Source: Dehalococcoidia bacterium (GTDB lineage Bacteria > Chloroflexota > Dehalococcoidia > Lucifugimonadales > Australimonadaceae). Taken from it: a stretch of DNA of 64,000 nucleotides. The notes beneath the pieces were generated by a model. The model did no database searches. It was not told where the DNA came from and saw nothing but the letters and a program-made list of their open reading frames with translations. Shown in pieces: positions 10,196-20,816 of the stretch. The stretch spans positions 1,182,643-1,246,642 of the forward strand of contig CBDFJL010000003.1 in NCBI GenBank assembly GCA_965248495.1, given 5' to 3'. Positions within the stretch are counted from its first letter, which is position 1. Each line of letters opens with the position of its first letter. Both the position numbers and the translations under genes were made by a program.

Positions 10196-11265
10196 GAGCG
10201 CCGGCTTACCGCGTCTGCGAAGATCTGCCGGAGGGCGTCAGTGAGATTGTTCAGGTCATGCATTCGGACAACTTGGTCCCTAAGATCGGCACCCATTCTC
10301 ATGCGCTGCGATGGATTCAGGTCAAGCAGATGCTGCAGCTTTCCCGAGAGGTCTCGGTGGTCGCCGCTGCGGAAAACCAGGACATCTGCCCACTGGCCCA
10401 TGGTACTTCGGAACCCGGCAGCGGAACTCACGCTGAGACGTTCGCAGGCCATCGCCTCCAGTGCCGCTTTGTCGAGCGAGTGGTCTGTAGGCGATCCATT
10501 GACGTGGATGGCAGCCTTCCGGTGCCACAGCACAACGTCAGAAAAAGGTACCGGTCCCACAAACTCTACAGTGTCATCAAGCCCAAGACTGGCGCACGTT
10601 GCGTCCAGTTCTGACGCGTAATGTGCGTCGCGGTCTGGGGCTCCTCCGACAAAGGCCCACCGCACGTCCGGCCGGATGCTCCTCAGCAACGCCGCCGCCC
10701 GCAGGAGGGTCATCTGATCCTTGAGGGGGGACAGACGCCCTATCGAAACAATAAGCGGGGGATTCTGCGGCTCAGCACCATCTGAGGAAAACTGCTCCGT
10801 GTCAATTCCATGGCCGATGAAGCGCACCTTTTCGTGCCGATACGGATACGATTCGGGGCCGATCGAAACCATGGTGTCCGACAGATGATGGGCCAGCTTC
10901 AGCGTAGGCGAGACGGCGCGGTGGGCATACCAAGTAATCAGTGGGACATGTCGGGCCTTGAGCAGTGGCGCGGCGAGCACGGCCATCGCTGGTGCCATGT
11001 GGGCGAAGCAGACATCGGGTGGCTTCTGTCGCATCAGACGGGCCATAGTCCAGTAAAAACGGGCGATCCGTTGGGACCTTCCGAGCCCATTCTCCCCGCC
11101 GAGCGAGTGCACTGCGACGTTTGCCGGCACGTCAACGACGCCGGCGCGCACGGTGACCACTTCGATTTCGTCGACTTTTGCAGCGAGTTCTTGGATCCAA
11201 CGAGTAGTGAAACCGAGCACAGGATCGGCCGTGTCTGTTGCGAGATTGAACATGAGAACGCGCAT
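10192..11265 (-). CDS. glycosyltransferase (GT-B fold, GT4-like)
   Basis: 357-aa ORF; two-Rossmann layout, C-terminal SLDKAALEAMACERLSV block; 4-nt overlap with the next gene. Confidence 0.7.
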   Translation of the reverse strand: MRVLMFNLATDTADPVLGFTTRWIQELAAKVDEIEVVTVRAGVVDVPANVAVHSLGGENGLGRSQRIARFYWTMARLMRQKPPDVCFAHMAPAMAVLAAPLLKARHVPLITWYAHRAVSPTLKLAHHLSDTMVSIGPESYPYRHEKVRFIGHGIDTEQFSSDGAEPQNPPLIVSIGRLSPLKDQMTLLRAAALLRSIRPDVRWAFVGGAPDRDAHYASELDATCASLGLDDTVEFVGPVPFSDVVLWHRKAAIHVNGSPTDHSLDKAALEAMACERLSVSSAAGFRSTMGQWADVLVFRSGDHRDLSGKLQHLLDLNPSQRMRMGADLRDQVVRMHDLNNLTDALRQIFADAVSRRS

Positions 11266-11388
11266 GTGAGTGGATCGGCGTCGGAGCCTAGAGCCAATCG
11301 GCGGCTGGCAATCGAAAACTTGGGCAGGCTGCCGTTCCCACCGCCACCTTGCCAGCGTGGTCGCTCGCTAGGTTGAAGACGAGCACAT

Positions 11389-12570
11389 TCATGCCGAGGC
11401 ACCCAATTCGGAGCGTTGGAGTAGGTCTTTATAGTCTGCCAGATATCGTTCGGGGGAGAACAGCCCGATAACGGCTTCACGGGCCCGTTCACCCGCCGAT
11501 CCGACCTCCCCTTTATGCTGAAACACCCAGGCGAGCCGCTCAGCCAACGCTCGCTCGTCCCCTGGAGGGACAAGCCACCCGGTGACTCCATCCTGGATCA
11601 GTTCGGGGATGCCCCCAACCCGGGTTGCGACAACCGGCGTGCCCGTTGACATCGCCTCGATGACCACGCGCGGTAGGCCTTCGCTCAGTGAGGGAAGGAC
11701 GAGGGCCGTCGCTTGCCGCATCCGCTCAGCGAGCTCAGGCTGAGGCAGAGAGCCGACGAAGGCAAGTTGCCCCCCCGCGATGATCTCAGCGAAGCGGTCG
11801 CGGAGGCCTGAGGCGTATGCCTCATCCGTTTCGGGGCCAGCGATGAGGAGGCTGGCGTCCGCGTGCTGGGGGATGAGAGCGGCGAACGCCGCGATGAGTT
11901 GATGCACACCCTTGAGTGGCGTGATCGCGCCAGCGAACAGCAACTGACCGCCAGCGTGATTCCGCCGCTCGCCGCCTCCGGCTGCCAAGAACGGACCAAT
12001 ATCCGTCCACGTTGGGAAGGTTGCGATAGGCTTGTTGGGGGCGATCGCCTGGAGCTGTGCGGCCGTGGACAGCGAAACGGAACGGAGCGCGTCCGCGTTG
12101 CGCAGCGCGAACCGCGCCGCGCAACTGAGCACCGCTGAGTAGAGATGCCGGCCCCGTATCCTTTGCTGAAGGAATAACGCCCCTTCGAAATCGCCGTGGC
12201 TTTCGACGATCAACAGCAGCCGCATCCGGAGCAGCTTTGCTGCTGCCTTCGCGAGAGCCCCCGCGACTCCCTCGTACGGGCTCTGCGCAATGACGTACCG
12301 GACACCGCGTCGCCGGGCCAGCCATAGCGTCAATGGGACCGCGAGGGTCAGCGCCAGCAGGTTCCGTCCCAGCCTAGTGGGAAGCGAAGGGAGGAGGTAG
12401 AAGCTCGCGTGCTCGTGGTACGCACTGGGTGTCATCCCACCAGCAAAACCGATGACGAAAACCGGGCCAATCTGGGCAAGAAGAGCGAACTTCTTCGCGG
12501 TGGTCTCGTTGAGAGGGGACGCATACCGGGTACGGCTGAGGAAGCAGATTCCAGGTTGGCGCTCCCTCAT
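11389..12570 (-). CDS. glycosyltransferase, GT4-like
   Basis: ORF 11389..12621; start set to MRERQPGICFL (12570), giving a TGATG stop/start overlap with the upstream gene; SLSEGLPRVVIEAMSTGTPVVATRVGGIPELI block. Confidence 0.75.
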   Translation of the reverse strand: MRERQPGICFLSRTRYASPLNETTAKKFALLAQIGPVFVIGFAGGMTPSAYHEHASFYLLPSLPTRLGRNLLALTLAVPLTLWLARRRGVRYVIAQSPYEGVAGALAKAAAKLLRMRLLLIVESHGDFEGALFLQQRIRGRHLYSAVLSCAARFALRNADALRSVSLSTAAQLQAIAPNKPIATFPTWTDIGPFLAAGGGERRNHAGGQLLFAGAITPLKGVHQLIAAFAALIPQHADASLLIAGPETDEAYASGLRDRFAEIIAGGQLAFVGSLPQPELAERMRQATALVLPSLSEGLPRVVIEAMSTGTPVVATRVGGIPELIQDGVTGWLVPPGDERALAERLAWVFQHKGEVGSAGERAREAVIGLFSPERYLADYKDLLQRSELGASA

Positions 12571-13406
12571 CAGCGGCTGGTTGTCGGCTTCTGGGCCGTC
12601 ACAACGAGATGACGCCCCCACGGAGCCAGCGTCCGTGGCCGGGACAACGCGTGCTCGATGGCGAGCGCCGCTACCTTTGCGGGAGCCGCGCGGAGCAGCC
12701 TGTTGAGGACACGCCGCGAATGCGGGAAGTCGATGAACGCTGCTCCCGCCATATGTCCGACGCGGAGCTCGCCGCTTTCGATCAGGGCCCGTATGGTGCG
12801 CGCCGTGAACTCTCGGACGTGCGAATCACCATGCGCTTCAGTAGTCACCATGGAGAACTCGCGAAGCGGCTCGAACTGCCGAAGCCGAATTACTCGAAGG
12901 AGCCGTCCCCACCAAGTCCCGTCGCCATTGAGGTTGGGCACCGTCAGAACTAACAGCCCCCCAGGCTTCAGGACCCGCTCGACCTCTCCCAGCAACACCT
13001 CTGGCGCGAGCACGTGCTCCAGCACTTCCGAGCAGAGGACCTTGTCGAATTCCGCGGACTCGAAAGGCAGGACTTCGTCGGCGGCGACTGCGCGGAATTC
13101 CGCGTTCTCAACCCCCTGCCGCCTAGCCTCGCGCTGCGCACGCTCAACGAAGCCAGCCGCTATGTCGATGCCTACGGCTCGTTTGCACCGCGCGGCAGCG
13201 GCCATGACTTGCCTGCCGGCTGCACAGCCGACATCCAAGAACGCGTCCATGGGCCGCAGCTCAAGGGCCCGAAGCGCGGCCCGCTCTCGGACGTTGTTCA
13301 CGAAACCGACGCCGTAGTTGGGGGTGAACCGGCCGACGAGATAGGACTCGGCCTTCTGCCGAGCGAACTCCTCCCACATCTCACCGTAGTCCCTCTTCGT
13401 GCTCAT
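12570..13406 (-). CDS. class I SAM-dependent methyltransferase
   Basis: ORF 12570..13457; start set to MSTKRDY (13406, ATGA overlap); FLDVGCAAGR motif I and LKPGGLLVLTVPN. Confidence 0.75.
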   Translation of the reverse strand: MSTKRDYGEMWEEFARQKAESYLVGRFTPNYGVGFVNNVRERAALRALELRPMDAFLDVGCAAGRQVMAAAARCKRAVGIDIAAGFVERAQREARRQGVENAEFRAVAADEVLPFESAEFDKVLCSEVLEHVLAPEVLLGEVERVLKPGGLLVLTVPNLNGDGTWWGRLLRVIRLRQFEPLREFSMVTTEAHGDSHVREFTARTIRALIESGELRVGHMAGAAFIDFPHSRRVLNRLLRAAPAKVAALAIEHALSRPRTLAPWGRHLVVTAQKPTTSR

Positions 13407-14521
13407 CGCAGCGAACGCTCGATGAAGCCTTGGACTTGCTGGGCCCTGTGTGCCCACGTGTGGTGGTCAAGCGTCTCAGCTCGAGCCCGCTCACCCATGG
13501 CTGCGCGGCCGGTGTCGTCGATTGAACGCAACAGCGCTTCAGTGAGCGCCTCAAGATCTCCCGGGGGCACCAACACCCCCGTTTCCCCGTCCCGGATGAA
13601 CAAATTGGCGTCCCCAACGTCCGTGGTAACGACGACCTTCCCCATGGCCATGTACTCGGGAAGCTTCGACGGGAAACCATTGCGGGTGGCCGGGACGTCG
13701 GGTCGCGGCACGACCAGCACATCGCATGCGGCGAGGGAAGAGGCCACGTCCTCGTAGGGTTGCTGTGGCAGGATAAGGATGTGGCCGGGATTGGGAACGG
13801 TGCGGAGCCGCCGCTCGATGTCCTGTTGGAGCGGACCACTCCCGACGAACACGAAAGTCGAGCGCCCTGGTGCGGCGAGGGCCGTAGCGCAGTCCATCAA
13901 CTGCGCTACGCCCTGGTACGATCGAAAGTTGCCAACATAACCGACCACGGTGCCCGGCTCACTGGGCAACATTTCCACTAGGGAGCTATCGGGTTTCACG
14001 GTAGGTGAAAAGAGGCAAGGGTCGGCCGCCCCATGGACCACCTCCAGGTTCGGTTGCCAGCGTCGGAGCCGGTCTACCAGCCCCCGAACGACGACCGTCG
14101 CGCCGCAAGCGAGCCGCAGCGCCATCGCCTGGGTGGCCGCAAAACGGATGCGCTTTAGCGGAGCGAGGTACCCGCTTACAGGGCTTTCTTCCAACGGCAA
14201 CCCGTGGATGTCCACGAAGAACGGTGTCCGAGTCACTGCGCAAGCCGCGGTCACCCCCGCGACGCCCGACTGCGTGATGCTGAACACTGCATCTGGGCGT
14301 TCCCGCCTAATGATGCCATGTAGGGCTCGTCCGTCTACTCGCGCGCTCGTCCACGCCTGTAGCTCGTATGTGCCCACATCTCGGCCGAGCGAAGCTGTCC
14401 CGCGCCCCACGGCGGTCACCGACACGTCGACCTGGTTGAGCCCATGGACGAGATTGCGAGCACGGGCTGGCGTACCTCCGCTCCGGGCGAAGTCGCCTGC
14501 GTAGTAGAGCAGTATTCGCAT
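13403..14521 (-). CDS. glycosyltransferase, GT4-like
   Basis: ORF 13403..14581; start set to MRILLYYAGDF (14521, TGATG overlap with wecB stop); FPSKLPEYMAMGKVVVTTDVG block. Confidence 0.75.
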   Translation of the reverse strand: MRILLYYAGDFARSGGTPARARNLVHGLNQVDVSVTAVGRGTASLGRDVGTYELQAWTSARVDGRALHGIIRRERPDAVFSITQSGVAGVTAACAVTRTPFFVDIHGLPLEESPVSGYLAPLKRIRFAATQAMALRLACGATVVVRGLVDRLRRWQPNLEVVHGAADPCLFSPTVKPDSSLVEMLPSEPGTVVGYVGNFRSYQGVAQLMDCATALAAPGRSTFVFVGSGPLQQDIERRLRTVPNPGHILILPQQPYEDVASSLAACDVLVVPRPDVPATRNGFPSKLPEYMAMGKVVVTTDVGDANLFIRDGETGVLVPPGDLEALTEALLRSIDDTGRAAMGERARAETLDHHTWAHRAQQVQGFIERSLR

Positions 14522-15615
14522 CAACCGTCCAACACCTTGCACAGGACATCGGCGATGCGGACGGCCGCGTTTCCATCCCACAGCTCAGGCACCGTCCCCA
14601 CCTTTCCGCCACCGGCCAGAATGCCGTCGACGTGATCGACGATGCGGGCGGGGTCGACGCCGATGACAGTGTTCGTCCCCACGGTCACGGTCACCGGCCG
14701 CTCCGTTTCATCCCGTAGGGTGAGACACGGCACGCCAAGGGCGGTCGTCTCCTCTTGGACTCCCCCTGAGTCCGTCAAGACAAAGGCGGCGCTGTCCATC
14801 AGGCGAAGGAAATCAAGATAGCGCAGCGGCGGAACCCTGCGAAGACCAGGCTGGTCTCTGCCACCCTCTGCCTCAGGCCAGTGGACCCGGGGGTGGACCG
14901 GCCAAACAATGGGGATCCGAGCTGCGACCCGGCCGATTCCGGCCGCTAGGGCGATGACGCGCTCACGGTTGTCGACGTTCTCGGGGCGATGCAGTGTCAG
15001 CACCCCGTACCCGCGCGGCGAAAGCCCCAGGTCGTCGAGGATGGTGGACTGCCGCGCTCGTGGCCTCCCCTCCCGTAGCGAATCGACCATTACGTTACCC
15101 ACGAAGAATATCCGCTCCGCGTGGATGCCCTCGTTGAGGAGGTTGGTCGCTGCGGACGGCTCCGTCGTAAAGAGCCACGTGGCCAGATGGTCCGTTACGG
15201 TTCTGTTCACCTCCTCCGGCATACGCCGGTTGAAGCTGCGCAGGCCCGCCTCGACGTGGGCGACGGGTATGTTGAGTTTCGCAGCGCACAGGGAGGCGGC
15301 GAGGGTCGAGTTCACGTCGCCCACGACGACGACGCAGTCGGGGTTTAGGTCGGTGAGTACCGGCTCGAGCTGCATCAGCATACGGCCCGTCTGTTCGGCG
15401 TGGCTGCCGCCGTGGATGCCTAGGTGGACATCGGGCCTGGGTAGCCGTAGATCTTCGAAGAAGACCTCGCTCATCTCTGGGTCCTGATGCTGGCCGGTAT
15501 GGACGAGGGACACTCGGGAGCCGGTCCGGCTGCGCAAAGTGCGTACAAGCGGCGCGGCCTTCATAAAGTTGGGCCGTGCTCCGACGATGACGGTGACGTG
15601 GATTGAACAGTCCAA
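14521..15615 (-). CDS. wecB: UDP-N-acetylglucosamine 2-epimerase (non-hydrolysing)
   Basis: 364-aa ORF; VIVGARPNFMKAAPL N-terminus, HVEAGLRSF, TDSGGVQEE blocks are hallmark WecB/MnaA motifs. Confidence 0.85.
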   Translation of the reverse strand: MDCSIHVTVIVGARPNFMKAAPLVRTLRSRTGSRVSLVHTGQHQDPEMSEVFFEDLRLPRPDVHLGIHGGSHAEQTGRMLMQLEPVLTDLNPDCVVVVGDVNSTLAASLCAAKLNIPVAHVEAGLRSFNRRMPEEVNRTVTDHLATWLFTTEPSAATNLLNEGIHAERIFFVGNVMVDSLREGRPRARQSTILDDLGLSPRGYGVLTLHRPENVDNRERVIALAAGIGRVAARIPIVWPVHPRVHWPEAEGGRDQPGLRRVPPLRYLDFLRLMDSAAFVLTDSGGVQEETTALGVPCLTLRDETERPVTVTVGTNTVIGVDPARIVDHVDGILAGGGKVGTVPELWDGNAAVRIADVLCKVLDG

Positions 15616-15622
15616 TAGCGAC

Positions 15623-16567
15623 CTATCCAGTTACCTGGTAAACCTGCTTCATCCACTCCAAGGTCTTGCCGATGCCCTCGCTGAGTGGCACCTGAGGCGC
15701 GTGGCCCAGATCACTCACTGCTTTCGAGACGTCCACGATCTTGTCCTTGGTGGTGAACGCCTCTCCTTCTTTGTACGCGACGAGGCGGTCGTTCTTGCCG
15801 AGGTAGGCCAGCACCATGTCCGAGACTGTCTTCATATCGTGGAGCTCGGTGCCGCCGATGTTGTACACCTCTCCCGGCTTGAAGTTGTCGACGATGCTGC
15901 CGAGCGTGCGACACGTGTCGGTCACGTAGGTGGATGTCCGGCGATGCCCCAGGTAGACCGTGTACGGGAGGTTGTGCAAGGCGCTATAGGCGAAGATGCA
16001 GATCGCACTCCGGTAGGAGCTGTAGTGCTCGCCTGGCCCGTACGTATTGAACAAGCGGACCCGCACAGTCTCCGTCCCCGCCATGGCTGCGGAGTTCAAG
16101 ATCTGCATCTCGTTGACCCACTTCGAGATGGCATAGTCGTTGAGCTGCCGGACCTCGTTCTTGTCCATCACGTCTTCGCGCATGACGCCCTGGTAGTCGC
16201 CGTAGACCTCGGACGACGAGAAATGGATCAACCGGAACCGGTGTCGTTCTTGCAGCCTGAGCAAGTGCTTCAGGCCGATGGCGTTGGTGGTCCAGAGAGT
16301 CTCGTAGAAGTCCTCGCCGTTCCACCGTCCGAACTCCGCCGCGAGGTTGTAGACGTAGTCGAACTGCTCGCTGTCGAACAGACGCTCGAGCTGTCGGTAC
16401 TGAGAGATGTCACAGCGATAGTAGTTGGGAGAACTCCCGTGCCCTTTGTCTGCGGTCACCAACGTGTGGCCTCGGCCCTCCAACTCAGGGACGAGGGCGC
16501 TTCCGACAGCACCATTGGCCCCTAGAACGAGGATGCGGCTGAGAGAGGGGGGCGGTCGAGGTTCCAT
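15623..16567 (-). CDS. SDR-family NAD-dependent epimerase/dehydratase
   Basis: 314-aa ORF; LVLGANGAVGS Rossmann motif, SSSEVYG, YAISK catalytic pair. Confidence 0.75.
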   Translation of the reverse strand: MEPRPPPSLSRILVLGANGAVGSALVPELEGRGHTLVTADKGHGSSPNYYRCDISQYRQLERLFDSEQFDYVYNLAAEFGRWNGEDFYETLWTTNAIGLKHLLRLQERHRFRLIHFSSSEVYGDYQGVMREDVMDKNEVRQLNDYAISKWVNEMQILNSAAMAGTETVRVRLFNTYGPGEHYSSYRSAICIFAYSALHNLPYTVYLGHRRTSTYVTDTCRTLGSIVDNFKPGEVYNIGGTELHDMKTVSDMVLAYLGKNDRLVAYKEGEAFTTKDKIVDVSKAVSDLGHAPQVPLSEGIGKTLEWMKQVYQVTG

Positions 16568-17896
16568 CTAACGCGAGGCTCCTGTTTTGATCCACCACCA
16601 CCGAACGGCGGGAATCACGTGTCCGACTATCTGAATTGTCGCAAGCCAAGCGGCCATGCCGACGAACCCCCATAGCGGGCCGACAACCGCGAAGCCGGCG
16701 ACCAACAACGCGATCATCACCGCCCCGTTGGCCGTCCAGAATCGGATATAACCGCGCGCCAAGTATAGGGGCCTTAGCCAGAAAAAGAGGAGCCAGGCGG
16801 CAGTCCCTGCCAGCAGGAGCCGTACGGCGGGGAGGGCGGCATCGTACGAAGGGCCCACGATGTTGGGCAGAACCTCCCCGATCCAAAGGACGGACGATAG
16901 CGCCAGAATCCCGAGAGGCAGGCCGACAGTGAACGCCAGCCGCTCCGCGAACCGTGACAGAGCGTGTACGTCCTGGGCCGCCAGCTGGGCGAAACGGGGA
17001 TAAGCGACGGACTGTAGAGGTCCGACGAGATATCCGCCGCCGCCTGCGACCACTTTCGCGAGCCGGTAGAGGCCCGCGTCGGCGGCCCCCGTCAAAGAGC
17101 CGACGAACAACACGTCGGCTTGCTTGGAGAACACGCCAAGCAAGCCGCCCAGGTCCAGGAAGAAGATGAAGCTGAATATCTCCCGGCGACGGCCCTGAAG
17201 GGCACCTAGCCGGGCTGCAAACCAGCTCCCGCCCAAGGCCTTCGTGGCGACTGGGTACGAGACCAGCACCGCCAACATCCCATGGAACGCAATACCCGTG
17301 GCACTGCCTATGATGGCCCCCTGCACGCCGAACCCGCCGGCGACCAATCCAAGCACAATCCCGGCGCGGATGATGGCCGCTAGCATGTCGACTCCCGCGA
17401 GGAGCGAGAAGCGTCCGAGTGTCGATAGGATGGCGTGCGAAGACCCGTACAGTGAGCGAGGCACGAGCGCCCCAGCGTAGAGAATCGCGGAGATCGCCAT
17501 CCCCTCGGTATGGATGATCCGGCCCTCCGCCCACCACGCAGTCCCAGCCACGATAACCAATGTGGCCGCTCCCGCCGCGAAGTCGACGACATTGCTCAGA
17601 AGGGTCAGGGCCCGTGCACGCGAAGTGTCTCCGCGTTCTATGAACTCACCGAGGTACTTGACCGTGGCTTCGCCGGCCCGAGCGTGCAGCACCGCATGGA
17701 CCAAGGCTGGGTAACCGATGGTCAGTGCGAACACGCCGTACAGCTCGGCGCCAAGCCAACGCGCGATCAGCAGACCTTGGACGATAGCGATCACCGACAC
17801 GAAGCCGTTGGCCGCGCCCAAGACGCCCGCGTCGCGGACGAACCGGCGCCCGATCATTCGCTTGGTCAGCCTCCTGAGAGCGTTGGTACTGCCCAA
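16568..17896 (-). CDS. polysaccharide flippase (Wzx/MOP superfamily)
   Basis: 442-aa ORF with about 12 predicted hydrophobic helices, located in a Wzy-dependent locus. Confidence 0.75.
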   Translation of the reverse strand: MGSTNALRRLTKRMIGRRFVRDAGVLGAANGFVSVIAIVQGLLIARWLGAELYGVFALTIGYPALVHAVLHARAGEATVKYLGEFIERGDTSRARALTLLSNVVDFAAGAATLVIVAGTAWWAEGRIIHTEGMAISAILYAGALVPRSLYGSSHAILSTLGRFSLLAGVDMLAAIIRAGIVLGLVAGGFGVQGAIIGSATGIAFHGMLAVLVSYPVATKALGGSWFAARLGALQGRRREIFSFIFFLDLGGLLGVFSKQADVLFVGSLTGAADAGLYRLAKVVAGGGGYLVGPLQSVAYPRFAQLAAQDVHALSRFAERLAFTVGLPLGILALSSVLWIGEVLPNIVGPSYDAALPAVRLLLAGTAAWLLFFWLRPLYLARGYIRFWTANGAVMIALLVAGFAVVGPLWGFVGMAAWLATIQIVGHVIPAVRWWWIKTGASR

Positions 17897-17921
17897 TATG
17901 CCTCACTACCCCTGAGGGACC

Positions 17922-18668
17922 TCAGCCTGAGCGCTGCCGTCGAATCCCTTTGGCAGGGTACGTCCAATCTATGATGGGGCGAGCCACCACGACGGCGCCG
18001 TCCACGAACCGCGCAATCAGGGGCGCTACCTCAAGCACACTGAGGGGCCGAGGGAGCCACGACCCCGCGCTGATTACCTCGAACCCTGCGCGCTCGACCG
18101 CGAAACGAACCGTCGCGGGCACGAAGGCGTTGACGTGGTCAGCCGCCGCGAAGCCCGAGAAGTAGCGTCCCAACAGTGGCAGGTGGCGGAGCGCCGGAAG
18201 CAGCGGGATCGTCGGCACGTACAGGAACAGCTGACCGGACGGCCTGAGCAGCCCGTGCAATCGCCGCAGAAACTCATGGGGCGCCTCGACGTGCTCCAGT
18301 ACCGCCGAACACCAGACGCTGTCCACCTTCGGCAGCTCGGTCGTGTCCTCGGTGGCGAAGTCAACCTCGCGCACGTCCAGGCCGATGCTCCTTCCGAATG
18401 CGGCCTGGGCGGGATCGATCTCAATGCCGTATGAGCCTGGTCGACAGAAGACCAAGTTCATACCGTAGCCACACCCCACATCACAAACGGCGCCGTCCGT
18501 GAGATGGTATCGGCGCTCCGCTTCCCGGAACAGGCGTCTCGGCGCTCGTGCGAACCACTTCGCGTAAATGCGGGAGTTCTCTTGAGCGTCGAAGCAGCCC
18601 TGGCTCGAAACGTGCTCGCGCAAGGCATCTTGGTCACCCACCTCGGGTAGCCCTTGGAACCGGATCAT
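17922..18668 (-). CDS. class I SAM-dependent methyltransferase
   Basis: 248-aa ORF; motif I VCDVGCGYG and LRPSGQLFLYVP. Confidence 0.7.
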   Translation of the reverse strand: MIRFQGLPEVGDQDALREHVSSQGCFDAQENSRIYAKWFARAPRRLFREAERRYHLTDGAVCDVGCGYGMNLVFCRPGSYGIEIDPAQAAFGRSIGLDVREVDFATEDTTELPKVDSVWCSAVLEHVEAPHEFLRRLHGLLRPSGQLFLYVPTIPLLPALRHLPLLGRYFSGFAAADHVNAFVPATVRFAVERAGFEVISAGSWLPRPLSVLEVAPLIARFVDGAVVVARPIIDWTYPAKGIRRQRSG

Positions 18669-19789
18669 GCAGGGCCCCCAGCCGTGGAAAAGAGGACCTT
18701 TTCCGTCTCGTGGACCATCCGCTCGAAGCTGAACGCCTGGCTTGTGGCGCGTGCCTCCTGAGCCATGCGGGCGCGGGCTTCGTCGTCCGTCCGCATGTAG
18801 GCGATGGCGGAACTGAGCTCCTCCTCCGCGCCAACGGCGACCAGCTTGCCGTTAACCCCGTCGCGCACCACTTCGGGAGTGCCCCCGGCCGCAGTCGCCA
18901 CCACAGGGACACCAAGGCTCATCGCCTCGAGGACCACGTGCGGGAGCCCCTCATAAGATGACGCTAGGACGAAGAGATCGCTGGCGGCCATGAGTGCGAG
19001 AGACTCCCTCCGGCTTCGCTGCCCTGTGAACCGGACGCGGCTGCCCAGCTCAAGATCAGCCACGAGTGTCCGCAGTCCCAGCCCCTCTGGCCCCTCACCC
19101 ACCACCACCAGCTCGACCTCTGGCAACCCCGCGATAGCACGGATGATTCGGTCGACATGCTTCCACCGAACAAGTCGCCCCACCGTGACGATTCTGAACC
19201 TGGTCCCGCGTGCCATGTCCACATCTGGCAGCTCGCTAGGCAGGTCCACGGCGTTGTACACGACCTGCACGCGCTCGGAAGCTGCCCCCCAGTTTTCGAC
19301 GACGCCGCGGAGGTATTCGCTGGGTACGATGACCGTGGCGGCGCGCCGGGTCCACCACGCGCGAGCAGCCTTCAGGACCGAGACGCGGCGGCCATGCTGC
19401 CGATGCTGGAAGCTGTCGAAGTCACCGGTTACCCAACCGCGGCCGATGGACCGCTCGTATGCATAGTCGCCAACGACGCGGAGGGCGAGTGGCTTGCGCA
19501 GAAGCGCCGCGGCTATGACCGACTGAAAGGGGAGCCCAGCGGCGAGAATGACATCGGCGGTCCTGCCGTACCACAGTATCGACGCCAGGGCCACCAACGA
19601 TCGCGCGGCAGCCGGGAGCGAGGGTCGACTGGGGCGATGAACCGGGTACGGGTAAGGGACGTTGCGGGTCCTAGAGGGACTCTGAGTGACCACCTCGACC
19701 TGGTGTCCAAGGCGTTGAAGCGCCTCCGCCAGGGCGGGGACATAAGTCGCTGGCCCCCCGGAATCCGGAGGGAAAATGCCCGTGGCCAT
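18665..19789 (-). CDS. glycosyltransferase, GT4-like
   Basis: 374-aa ORF; [13 protein letters not shown]-terminus, [32 protein letters not shown]. Confidence 0.8.
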   Translation of the reverse strand: MATGIFPPDSGGPATYVPALAEALQRLGHQVEVVTQSPSRTRNVPYPYPVHRPSRPSLPAAARSLVALASILWYGRTADVILAAGLPFQSVIAAALLRKPLALRVVGDYAYERSIGRGWVTGDFDSFQHRQHGRRVSVLKAARAWWTRRAATVIVPSEYLRGVVENWGAASERVQVVYNAVDLPSELPDVDMARGTRFRIVTVGRLVRWKHVDRIIRAIAGLPEVELVVVGEGPEGLGLRTLVADLELGSRVRFTGQRSRRESLALMAASDLFVLASSYEGLPHVVLEAMSLGVPVVATAAGGTPEVVRDGVNGKLVAVGAEEELSSAIAYMRTDDEARARMAQEARATSQAFSFERMVHETEKVLFSTAGGPA

Positions 19790-19808
19790 CAGAATCGCGA
19801 GGCCTTTG

Positions 19809-20789
19809 CTAGTCGTTCGTCGAGACTTCGATTGGAGTCCGCTCGTAATCGATGATCTCCCTGAGCATCTCCTCCAGGTTCAGTGAAGGACTATAGCCGG
19901 TGAGGGCCGCGAGTTTAGAGATATCGGGAAGCCGCCGGGGCATGTCCTCGAAACCCGATTGGAACGCTTCTTCGAATGGTATCAACGAGATCGGTGAGGA
20001 GCTGCCGGTCATGCGCTTGACCGTCTCAGCGAGTTCGAGGATCGCCGTTTCCTGATAGTGCCCGATGTTGAACACTTGACCGTATGCAGCCTCGTTTCCT
20101 ACCAGGGCAATCATGGCCTCGACGACATCCCCCACCCAGGTGAACGAGCGTTGCTGTGAACCGTCGCCGTAGACGGTGAGCGGCTCGTTGGCGAGGGCCT
20201 GTCGGACGAAGCGGGGGACGACCATCCCGTATTGCCCCGTCTGACGGGGCCCGATTGTGTTGAACAACCGCACGATAACGACCGGCAGGCCCCGCTCTGC
20301 CCAATACGCCTTGGCGAGGAACTCATCGATGATCTTGGAGGCGGCGTAGGCCCATCGGCTCTTTGATGTCGGTCCCAGCACGAGATCGTCTTCTTCGCCG
20401 AACATGTGCTTGTTCAGCTTGCCGTAGACCTCGGACGTGGACGCGACCAAAAGGGGGATGTTCAGTTCGGCGGCCACCTCGAGTACGATGTTTGTGCCGT
20501 CCACATTGTTGTTGATCGTCTCGATGGGCCGCTCCACGATCCTTCGAACACCCACCGAGGCTGCCAAGTGGAAGATTGCATTCGCACCCTTGGCCAGGCG
20601 CTCGATCGTCTGACGGTCGGCGGTGGAGCCTCTCACCAGGTGATAGTTGGGGTGCTTCTCGAGGTGCGCCACGTTCTGCGCACTGCCTGTGGACAGGTCA
20701 TCTAGCGCCACAACCTGTTGGCCGCCCGCCATCAGGGCATCGGCTAAGTGCGAGCCAATAAAGCCTGCGCCGCCAGTTATAAGAAACAT
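19809..20789 (-). CDS. SDR-family NAD-dependent epimerase/dehydratase (ArnA-C/UXS-like)
   Basis: 326-aa ORF; ITGGAGFIGSHL, STSEVYG, RWAYAASK blocks. Confidence 0.8.
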   Translation of the reverse strand: MFLITGGAGFIGSHLADALMAGGQQVVALDDLSTGSAQNVAHLEKHPNYHLVRGSTADRQTIERLAKGANAIFHLAASVGVRRIVERPIETINNNVDGTNIVLEVAAELNIPLLVASTSEVYGKLNKHMFGEEDDLVLGPTSKSRWAYAASKIIDEFLAKAYWAERGLPVVIVRLFNTIGPRQTGQYGMVVPRFVRQALANEPLTVYGDGSQQRSFTWVGDVVEAMIALVGNEAAYGQVFNIGHYQETAILELAETVKRMTGSSSPISLIPFEEAFQSGFEDMPRRLPDISKLAALTGYSPSLNLEEMLREIIDYERTPIEVSTND

Positions 20790-20816
20790 GCGCAGCTCAC
20801 TGTGACGCGGAGCCGG

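Noticed and set aside
16485-17537. 350-aa minus-strand ORF overlapping the flippase gene in another frame
   Set aside because: Extreme Arg/Pro/Gly composition. The alternative frame (16568-17896) gives a coherent 12-helix membrane protein.
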